32,000 nucleotides of DNA from the NCBI RefSeq assembly GCF_000020025.1, contig NC_010628.1, positions 5,460,001 through 5,492,000 on the forward strand. Reading direction: 5' to 3'. Source of the DNA: Nostoc punctiforme PCC 73102. GTDB taxonomy: Bacteria; Cyanobacteriota; Cyanobacteriia; Cyanobacteriales; Nostocaceae. Positions 25,639-32,000 of this stretch are shown one piece after another. The position numbers and the translations under genes are program-made. The first letter of the stretch is position 1; the number at the start of each line of letters is the position of its first letter. The notes beneath the pieces are model-generated. The model was not told the origin of the DNA, made no database searches, and saw nothing but the letters and a program-made list of their open reading frames with translations.

Positions 25639-25897
25639 TGTTCAGCAAATTGACTTGCTAAAAGTGAATGTGAAACGAAGTAAGTTAGATGTACTTTTAG
25701 GTGTTGAAGAGCAAGATTGGCCGAAGATTAAGCAAGTCGTTGTAGAAGTACACGATTTGGATAATCGAGTTAAAAGAATTACAGAGTTACTTCAAAAATA
25801 CGGTTTGAGCAAGGTTACAGTGAAGCAAGAACCCTTTAAAGAGGGTTCTGACACTTTCAACTTATATGCTTTACGGGATTCATCTAAAGTATTCTAA
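25613..25897 (+). pseudogene. Relic: C-terminal 90 codons or so of a SAM-dependent methyltransferase (FkbM / NRPS-associated type)
   Basis: In the frame of track ORF 25514-25897, only the segment ...EIIREYNVQQIDLLKVNVKRSKLDVLLGVEEQDWPKIKQVVVEVHDLDNRVKRITELLQKYGLSKVTVKQEP... looks like real protein. It resembles methyltransferase C-terminal regions (IDLLKIDVExxELxVLxG...W.KIKQIVVEVH), with acidic residues replaced in VNVKRSK. No methyltransferase N-terminal half is present. Confidence 0.55.
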
Positions 25898-25903
25898 AAC
25901 TCT

Positions 25904-27298
25904 TCAAACTGAACTAGAGCTAGTCTGGAGAATAGGCTGATTTTGAAGACGCTTCCCCTTAACCACCATCTGCACACCACCTGCTGGGCTAAATAGCAAA
26001 CCCTTACGTACTGGTCGGACTGGTTTACTATCAGCCAGTTCCATTTGCCAGCGAGACAACACTGTTGCCAACACCAGTTTCATTTCAAACAAGGCAAATG
26101 CCATTCCAATACAGCGACGGTTCCCGCCACCAAAGGGTAGATACTCGTAGGGAGAAAATTGTCGTTCCAGAAAACGCTCTGGCTTAAATTGCTTCGACTC
26201 AGGATATAAATCTTCTCGATGATGGGTCAAATAAATAGAGGGAATTAGTATAGTTCCAGGCTCAAAGTTGTACTCCCCAATTTGTAGCGGTGATTTGACT
26301 AATCGATTTAGTGCTGACATTGCCACTGGGTAAAGACGTAGTGTTTCAGAACAGACAGCATTTAAATAAGGCAATCGGAAAATAGCGTTTGGATCTGGTT
26401 TTTCACCCAAATTATCTAGTTCTTGCAACAGTTTTTCCCGCACCTGTGGTCGATGATGAATCCAGTACAGCGCCCATGATAAGGAAGTTGCAGTAGTTTC
26501 ATGACCTGCCACTAATAGGGTCATCAGTTCATCACGTAATTCCAAGTCTGTCATTGGCTCTCCCGCTTCATCACGAGCAGCCATCATCAAAGATAAAATA
26601 TCAGTCCCAGATAGATTGGGTTGTGCTTTGCGTTCTTGAATCTGGGCGTAGATGAGTTGATCGATTTGCTGCCGTAAACGTAAATATTTTCCCCAAGGAC
26701 TCCACGCTCCTAAATCCTGTCGCATTGATGGAAAAATAAGCAGAACTGTTCTTAGTAGAGGGATTTTGGGATTTAGGATTTTAATTAGGAGTTCGTTGAG
26801 TTTCTTGTAACGTGGTCCATCTTCTAGACCAAATACAGCCTTCAAAATCACTTGGAAAGAGATTGCTTGCATAGATGGCAAAACTGCAAAGGTTTCTCCA
26901 ACCTGCCACTGGCTACTCACTTGCTCTGTGATTTCACGAATTAACTCACCATAAGCCAGCATTCGTTCCCCGTGGAAGGGGGGTGTCAAGAGCTTTCGTT
27001 GTCGCTGATGAGGCTTTCCATCTAGCGCCAGTAATGATTGCTGTCCTAATAAAGGCGCTTTAATACCTGCTGATTCACCAGAGTCTAACTGTTTTGGATC
27101 TGTAGTAAAAATCTGCTGAATTGCCTGGGGATTGCTAATGAAGACTTGATGAGCAAAATTTTGTCCGAGTTTGAGAGTGAAGATATCACCATAACGTTTA
27201 GTGCAGGCTTCCATGTATTCTAAGGGATTAGTAAGCCACTGATACATCTGTATCCAAGGGTGAGTTTGAGGGCCGTTAGGCAGTTTAAGTAAAGACAT
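25904..27298 (-). CDS. Cytochrome P450 monooxygenase
   Basis: 464-aa ORF with I-helix LLVAGHETTATS, K-helix ExxR (SETLRLYP) and heme-thiolate loop FGGGNRRCIGMAFA. It resembles the cyanobacterial CYP110-type P450s from memory (unverified). Confidence 0.95.
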   Translation of the reverse strand: MSLLKLPNGPQTHPWIQMYQWLTNPLEYMEACTKRYGDIFTLKLGQNFAHQVFISNPQAIQQIFTTDPKQLDSGESAGIKAPLLGQQSLLALDGKPHQRQRKLLTPPFHGERMLAYGELIREITEQVSSQWQVGETFAVLPSMQAISFQVILKAVFGLEDGPRYKKLNELLIKILNPKIPLLRTVLLIFPSMRQDLGAWSPWGKYLRLRQQIDQLIYAQIQERKAQPNLSGTDILSLMMAARDEAGEPMTDLELRDELMTLLVAGHETTATSLSWALYWIHHRPQVREKLLQELDNLGEKPDPNAIFRLPYLNAVCSETLRLYPVAMSALNRLVKSPLQIGEYNFEPGTILIPSIYLTHHREDLYPESKQFKPERFLERQFSPYEYLPFGGGNRRCIGMAFALFEMKLVLATVLSRWQMELADSKPVRPVRKGLLFSPAGGVQMVVKGKRLQNQPILQTSSSSV

Positions 27299-27384
27299 TT
27301 TTATGAATTTCCCAATGATTGGAGCAAGATTGCGATCGGTTAGTTATTCATGCACCCGCAGCTTGATTAATCTTAGAACACGGA

Positions 27385-28191
27385 TCAGGCAGATGAACTT
27401 ACCAATTCTTGAATCTGCCTTGGGGTCAATTCCTGCACATTACGCAAAACTACTGCTGCTCCTGCTGCTAGCAGTGTCTCACCATAAGCATCACTACGCG
27501 ATGCTGTTTCCTGCACATGAGGCGGTAAAACCCCTACACCAATCCAAGTGCGAGCAGAATCTAGACCCCGTGCTTTCTCGACGGTATACATATCTGCAAC
27601 CGTATCTCCCACATATATGATGATCGCTAATTTTTGCTCAATTCCATTTTCTAACTCACGAACTGTAGCGAAAAGTCCAGTAGGGTCAGGTTTACCTGGC
27701 GCATCTTCCATCGCAATCAACACCGGAGATTGCAAACCCAGGCGTTTTTCCAATATGTAGTTAGCAGAACCACGAGTAGCACCGCTGAAAAATCCCCAAG
27801 CAATCCCGGCTTGGGTAAGTTGCTCTAAATAGCTAGGTTGTAATAATAAGGGTTCATTACAGATATACCCTGTAAAATTATTTGGGTCTGAGCCTCGGTA
27901 ACGCGATTGAAAAAACGCAACGATCGCATTGTAATCTAGTTGCAGTTGTTCGCGGGTCTGTCCTTGGGTTTCAAAGTAGCGGTAAATTAATTCCTGCGAT
28001 GCTTCCCAATCGTTATTCCACACGCCTTCAGACTTCAGTTGGTCAATATCCAGTGGAGTTGGACGATATGCTTGGGTGGTAAAATATTCTACGGTATCTG
28101 CGATCGCCCGGCGATAGGAACCGCCAACATCGCGCACAACGCCATCAATATCGAAAATAACGATCGCTTTTGCTGAAGTTTGTTGAGTCAT
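27385..28191 (-). CDS. HAD-superfamily hydrolase
   Basis: 268-aa ORF with motif I IVIFDIDGVVRDV (DxDG), GFFSGATR (motif II-like), KPDP (motif III Lys) and YVGDTVADM (motif IV). It is co-directional with the P450 gene, 86 nt upstream of it. Confidence 0.85.
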   Translation of the reverse strand: MTQQTSAKAIVIFDIDGVVRDVGGSYRRAIADTVEYFTTQAYRPTPLDIDQLKSEGVWNNDWEASQELIYRYFETQGQTREQLQLDYNAIVAFFQSRYRGSDPNNFTGYICNEPLLLQPSYLEQLTQAGIAWGFFSGATRGSANYILEKRLGLQSPVLIAMEDAPGKPDPTGLFATVRELENGIEQKLAIIIYVGDTVADMYTVEKARGLDSARTWIGVGVLPPHVQETASRSDAYGETLLAAGAAVVLRNVQELTPRQIQELVSSSA

Positions 28192-28564
28192 GGGTAGGGA
28201 GGAAAAGAGTTTTATTTTTATCTTGCCTATGTATTCATCCTTTCATAAATAGCAGAAGATGTCGGAATAAAAAGTATCCCAAAACTGAGGCAACAATCCT
28301 CTCTGTGGTTAGTTTATTTAGATAATTTATTTCTTGGAAATCTCTAAATCATATTTAAGTACAAGGAATAAGGAAGAAAAACGAACCGTATAGACGCGGA
28401 GCGGCTACTCTACGAGAACGCCAAAGGCGAACCCGCAGGGTAGGGCACAAAGAAAGAAGTTAAAAGGGTTTGGCGCAGCCTTACAAAGAAATGGTATTGG
28501 AAGTCAAGCTTGAGAGCGATCGCATCCTAATCGCTTTCAAGATACAAAAGCTGCTCTCAACCAG

Positions 28565-28822
28565 TTAAGCAGGGGTATCTCCCTGAGAATTTACGACTGT
28601 TCCATGACCTTTTCCATTAAAAGAGGCTAATTCCCCAGATGGAGTAGGTTCAGGCGATTGGGGTGGTTTGGGAGGTCTACCTTTAGTGGCAAAATCTGTA
28701 AGATTTTTGATCGCTACATAAAGCACAGGCACTAGGAGTAGGCTCATGATGGTGGAAATCAATAAGCCGCCAAACACAGCCGTACCAAGCGAAAAACGGC
28801 TGGCTGATGTATTCTTGAAACG
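28565..28822 (-). pseudogene. Relic: last 85 codons or so of an RND (AcrB-type) efflux permease gene
   Basis: The frame is open only from 28822 and reads RFKNTSASRFSLGTAVFGGLLISTIMSLLLVPVLYVAIKNL..., which is the final TM helix region of RND pumps (LGTAVxGGMxxxTxLxxxxVPVxY). The roughly 1000 upstream codons expected for such a pump are absent. Confidence 0.7.
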
Positions 28823-28856
28823 TCATGCTACTAAAATGCTTAACTGTGCTGCCTAA

Positions 28857-29168
28857 AACCCGCAAGATGTAGCACTTTTTAGAATCGTCATTGGTGAATC
28901 AGGTCGCTTTCCAGAACTAGGACGCGCTTTTCTCCAAAATGTTGAGAAACCAAATCTTGACTTTATCACCCAATACTTTGCTACTCATCTTAAACTTCAG
29001 CTTGCCGACCCAGAAGTTGCAGCCCGGATGTTTATCGGAACGCTGCTCCATATTGTGACTACGCGAGATATGCTGCATGGTGGAGATATTATGCCAATAG
29101 AGTGCGATCGCTTCATCGATGGCTTGCTTTCACTGATTATTCATCCAAGCAAGAGCACGAGATCATGA
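28857..29168 (+). pseudogene. Relic: C-terminal (ligand/dimerisation) half of a TetR/AcrR-family regulator gene
   Basis: The frame is open from 28857 with no start codon: NPQDVALFRIVIGESGRFPELGRAFLQNVEKPNLDFITQYFATHLKLQLADPEVAARMFIGTLLHIVTTRDMLHGGDIMPIECDRFIDGLLSLIIH...*. This is a typical TetR C-terminal domain. The N-terminal HTH half is missing. Confidence 0.7.
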
Positions 29169-29633
29169 CTTTGGGAAAAAATCAGAGTCGAGGACTTGCT
29201 CTAGTGTAAAAGGAGATTGTTCTGGGAAGGTAGCGATGTCTAATCCAGTTTCAATCACAGCAAGTCGTCTAGCCGTTTGATAGCTTTCATCAAAAACCCG
29301 ATCGAAGTCAGGTTTCAAACTCGGACTTTCCTTGAGTGACTTTTGGACTCGCCTACGGTGTTCTAAAATTGTGTACTGCCAACTTTTTGAGCGTCTTTCA
29401 GTTTGAATTTGGTATTTGAGCAGATGCATCAGCAACACTTCCAGATTGCTCTCCAATGCCCGCTTTTCACTTCTGCCCATCGTTTCAATTTCTTCAATCA
29501 GGTTTTCTAAGTCCAGTTGTGTGAAATTCTTTTGTTTGAGCAGTTCTGCCGTGGTTTGAATCCACAGGTAAAAGTCTTGCTCATACAAATCTGAACCAGA
29601 TGTTGTTTGAGATTGGGGCAGTTGGGCAGTCAT
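29163..29633 (-). CDS. DUF29-family protein
   Basis: 156-aa ORF with LYEQDFYLWIQTTAELLKQKNFTQLDLENLIEEIETMGRSEKRALESNLEVLLMHLLKY, the hallmark of cyanobacterial DUF29 proteins (from memory). Confidence 0.85.
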   Translation of the reverse strand: MTAQLPQSQTTSGSDLYEQDFYLWIQTTAELLKQKNFTQLDLENLIEEIETMGRSEKRALESNLEVLLMHLLKYQIQTERRSKSWQYTILEHRRRVQKSLKESPSLKPDFDRVFDESYQTARRLAVIETGLDIATFPEQSPFTLEQVLDSDFFPKS

Positions 29634-29770
29634 AAGCCTCTTTAATTAGCGCCGACTATACCTTATGCTAGCCCAATCTAATTACAGTTTGGTCATTTGA
29701 TAGGGTATTGCGTTAAAATAAGCGATCGCTATCCTAGTTCAGTAATGCCCGGAAATTCCCGGAGGTGTGA

Positions 29771-30070
29771 TTGACAAAGTTTATTTTGAAAATTCTGTGG
29801 TTAGACGAAAACGTTGCTCTAGCAGTCGATCAAATTGTCGGCAAAGGCACAAGTCCCTTGACTAAGTACTTTTTTTGGCCCAGAAATGATGCCTGGGAAG
29901 AGTTAAAAAAGGAATTAGAGTCCAAACATTGGATTACTGACCTGGATCGTGTCGAGTTGCTTAATAAAGCGACAGAAGTGATTAACTACTGGCAAGAGGA
30001 AGGGAGAAACCGTCCAATGGCAGAAGCTCAGTTAAAATTTCCAGAAGTTGCCTTCACAGGTAGCGCCTGA
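29771..30070 (+). CDS. ycf65: 30S ribosomal protein PSRP-3 / Ycf65
   Basis: 99-aa ORF (M)[54 protein letters not shown]...[12 protein letters not shown], the conserved Ycf65/PSRP-3 sequence. It has a TTG start at 29771, preceded by GGAGG (29761-29765). Confidence 0.85.
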   Translation: MTKFILKILWLDENVALAVDQIVGKGTSPLTKYFFWPRNDAWEELKKELESKHWITDLDRVELLNKATEVINYWQEEGRNRPMAEAQLKFPEVAFTGSA

Positions 30071-30079
30071 TTTACAAAA

Positions 30080-32000
30080 TTAGCTATTGTCCTGTTCTAC
30101 AAGCTGCCACAGTTTGATAGTCCTGTCCCGACTGGCACTTGCAATTAATTGTGTAACTTTGCTCACAGCAACAGCAGATACTGAGTCTACATGACCAGAG
30201 AGAGTAACAATCTCTTCTGCTGTGCTTACCCTCCAAAGTTTAACTGTTTTGTCGCAACTTGCACTTAGGAGCGTTTCGCCATCGGCAGTAAAAGCCACAG
30301 CCACCACAGACCAAGAATGGCCTACAAGTGTGCAAATTAGCTGACCAGTGTTTACCTCCCACAACTTAATAGTGTTATCATCACTACCCGTCGCCAACAT
30401 TTTCCCATCGGGACTAAAAGCGACTGTCAAAACCGCCCATGCATGACCCGAAAGGGTGCTTAACAAGCTATAGCATGGGCGGTTTTGAACAAGGGGGAAG
30501 GGGGCAGGGGGCAAGGGGTAAGGGGTAAGGGGAATGTCCTCCGCTCCTTGTGAGTAGTCTTTTAACTCAGCACTATTCATATCTCCCTGCTCCCGTTCGT
30601 CTACGCTCACGGCAAGCCTGCTCCCTGCTCCCCTGACTCTTCCTAATACAGGTATTTGCCACAGACGAATTGTTCTGTCATAACTAGCGCTGGCTAAAAG
30701 CTGTCCTTGGGGACTAAATGCTACTGAATTTACCTGTAATTGATGTCCAGTTATGGTGCAAATTTCTGTGCCAGTATTTACATCCCAGAGTTTGATTGTC
30801 TTATCCCAGCTACCACTAGCGAGAATCTGCCCATCTGGACTGAAAGCAACTGATTTTACCGCGTGTGAGTGTCCCAAGAGGGTGCAGATTTCTTTTAATG
30901 TATCAAACTGCCACAATTTGATAGTTTTATCGTCGCTAGCAGTTGCCAGAATTTGACCATCTGGACTGAAGGCAACTGATTTTACAGCTTGGGAATGTCC
31001 TGATAAGTTAGCTAAGACTTTTTTAGTATTTAAATCCCACAATTTGATGTTTTTGTCATCACTACCACTTGCTAAAGTGTGACTGTCTGGACTAATGGCA
31101 AGGGCATTCACACTACTCAATGTCCCAGAATGCCCAGTTAAAGTATGCAAGCATCGCCAAGGAGGATTTGGTAATTTAAAATTTTGAGTTTTACATTCCA
31201 TACCCATTGCTTGCATAACTTCATCAGCCGATTGAAAGCGGCGGTTAATGGTCTTTTGCAGCAGCTTGTCGAGGATTTGCGCCAAGCGTAGACTCTTTGA
31301 GTCTTGTCGCCAGACATCGCTAACCTTAGTAGTAAGATATTGTTGCCAAACCCAGCAATCGTTAGCAATATCATATAAATCAAAGGGAGGAATCTGAGTA
31401 AGTAAGTAAATACAAGTTACACCCAAGCTATATAAATCACTAGCAAAAACGGCTTTTCCCTTCGCTTGTTCTGGTGCCGCGTATTCTGGACTGCCAATAC
31501 TGGTTTCAGATGTTAGCCGATCGATTTCTGTGACAATTTTCGCAGTGGTAAAATCGACTATAACAAAATTCCCCTTTTTAGTAATTGGGGATCTACGGAT
31601 GATATTTTGGGGTTTAATATCGCGGTGGATGATGTGGCGATCGCTAATAAACTGCAAAACTGGCAACACATCTTCTAAAAGTTGCCAAATCTGAATTTCA
31701 TTAAAAGCACCTTCTTCTTCTACTACCTGAGCTAAATTAGTGCCTGCAATAAACTCCTGCACTAAATAAAAATGCCCATCCTGCTGAAAATAAGCTAATA
31801 AAGCGGGAATTTGCGGATGCTTCCCTAATTCCTCTAGCTGTTGCGCCTTTTGCTGAAAAGTTTTAAATGTCTCGTATTCCTGCGAGATTTCTTGAACAAC
31901 GCAAGGAATTGGCGGAAACTGATCCTCATCTACAGCGAGAAAGGTTTTACAGAATCCCCCCTTACCAATTGGTTTCAGTAAACGATAACGTTCTTGTAAA
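30080..32000 (-). CDS. Ser/Thr protein kinase-like domain fused to a 7-blade WD40 propeller (5' end beyond the window)
   Basis: The track ORF 30080-31762 continues in frame upstream to the window edge (...LQERYRLLKPIGKGGFCKTFLAVDEDQFPPIPCVVQEISQEYETFKTFQQKAQQLEELGKHPQIPALLAYFQQDGHFYLVQEFIAG...). It has HRDIKPQN, SPEYAAPE and seven [LASGS.D.TIKLW]-type WD40 repeats. Confidence 0.9.
   Translation of the reverse strand, partial: LQERYRLLKPIGKGGFCKTFLAVDEDQFPPIPCVVQEISQEYETFKTFQQKAQQLEELGKHPQIPALLAYFQQDGHFYLVQEFIAGTNLAQVVEEEGAFNEIQIWQLLEDVLPVLQFISDRHIIHRDIKPQNIIRRSPITKKGNFVIVDFTTAKIVTEIDRLTSETSIGSPEYAAPEQAKGKAVFASDLYSLGVTCIYLLTQIPPFDLYDIANDCWVWQQYLTTKVSDVWRQDSKSLRLAQILDKLLQKTINRRFQSADEVMQAMGMECKTQNFKLPNPPWRCLHTLTGHSGTLSSVNALAISPDSHTLASGSDDKNIKLWDLNTKKVLANLSGHSQAVKSVAFSPDGQILATASDDKTIKLWQFDTLKEICTLLGHSHAVKSVAFSPDGQILASGSWDKTIKLWDVNTGTEICTITGHQLQVNSVAFSPQGQLLASASYDRTIRLWQIPVLGRVRGAGSRLAVSVDEREQGDMNSAELKDYSQGAEDIPLTPYPLPPAPFPLVQNRPCYSLLSTLSGHAWAVLTVAFSPDGKMLATGSDDNTIKLWEVNTGQLICTLVGHSWSVVAVAFTADGETLLSASCDKTVKLWRVSTAEEIVTLSGHVDSVSAVAVSKVTQLIASASRDRTIKLWQLVEQDNS
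30485..30650 (-). repeat. G-rich/C-rich heptamer hairpin repeat embedded in frame inside the WD40 coding region
   Basis: Plus strand: gggggaagggggcagggggcaaggggtaaggggtaagggg, a core of about 60 nt, then ctccctgctccc...ctgctccctgctcccctg. It translates as ...GRVRGAGSRLAVSVDEREQGDMNSAELKDYSQGAEDIPLTPYPLPPAPFPL... between WD blades 4 and 5. Same architecture as the intergenic repeats at 7885, 10341 and 23296. Confidence 0.7.

Noticed and set aside
27303-28082. Plus-strand ORFs 27303-27620, 27548-27760 and 27882-28082
   Set aside because: They are antisense to the HAD hydrolase gene, which has all four HAD motifs. These are shadow ORFs.
28381-28450. GC-rich segment cgtatagacgcggagcggctactctacgagaacgccaaaggcgaacccgcagggtaggg in an otherwise AT-rich spacer
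   Set aside because: It resembles the small GC-rich dispersed repeats of Nostoc genomes. With a single copy in this window and no clear hairpin or termini, I cannot support calling it a defined element.
30753-31383. Track ORFs 30753-30956 (+) and 31138-31383 (-) within the kinase-WD40 gene
   Set aside because: They are antisense or out of frame relative to the long ORF, which has clear kinase and WD40 motifs.

Overview
This window looks like chromosomal DNA from a filamentous, Nostoc/Anabaena-like cyanobacterium. The pointers are frequent HIP1 GCGATCGC sites, heptameric STRR-type tandem repeats in most spacers, ndhN and ycf65. All family names come from reading the translations and recognising motifs; no database search was possible.

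Layout:
- 1-7083 (minus): the large ribosomal-protein operon rplC-rplD-rplW-rplB-rpsS-rplV-rpsC-rplP-rpmC-rpsQ-rplN-rplX-rplE-rpsH (rpsH runs off the window). As usual in cyanobacteria it starts with rplC, not rpsJ. About 450 nt of hairpin-rich non-coding sequence lies upstream, and paired heptamer arrays fill most spacers.
- 8-13.5 kb: ndhN, a zinc-ribbon hypothetical, a small membrane-anchored protein, and a divergent DeoR regulator / 639-aa transketolase-family pair.
- 13.5-14.5 kb: a roughly 1-kb one-ORF IS (DDE_Tnp_4 / IS5-superfamily-like) with about 30-bp imperfect inverted repeats. It is inserted exactly at the stop codon of an AMIN-domain protein gene.
- 15.5-19.8 kb: two paralogous CPA2 cation/proton antiporters. 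One carries a tandem USP-like C-terminus and is tightly coupled to a small exported protein.
- 20-25.5 kb: a membrane protein, an SGNH hydrolase, tRNA-Ala(GGC), hisF, ruvB and a TPR protein.
- 25.5-29.2 kb: a gene-decay zone. It holds a glycosyltransferase-N / methyltransferase-C chimeric relic, an intact P450 and HAD hydrolase, and a tetR / RND-pump locus collapsed to its two 3' ends.
- 29.2-32 kb: DUF29, ycf65 (PSRP-3, TTG start), and a Ser/Thr-kinase-WD40 gene that runs off the window. Its ATP-binding motifs are degenerate, and repeat-derived DNA is inserted in frame in the propeller.

I see no CRISPR array, rRNA, or recognisable defence or novel multi-gene system. The most unusual items are the structured rplC leader, the atypical kinase, the in-frame repeat insertion and the deletion scars.
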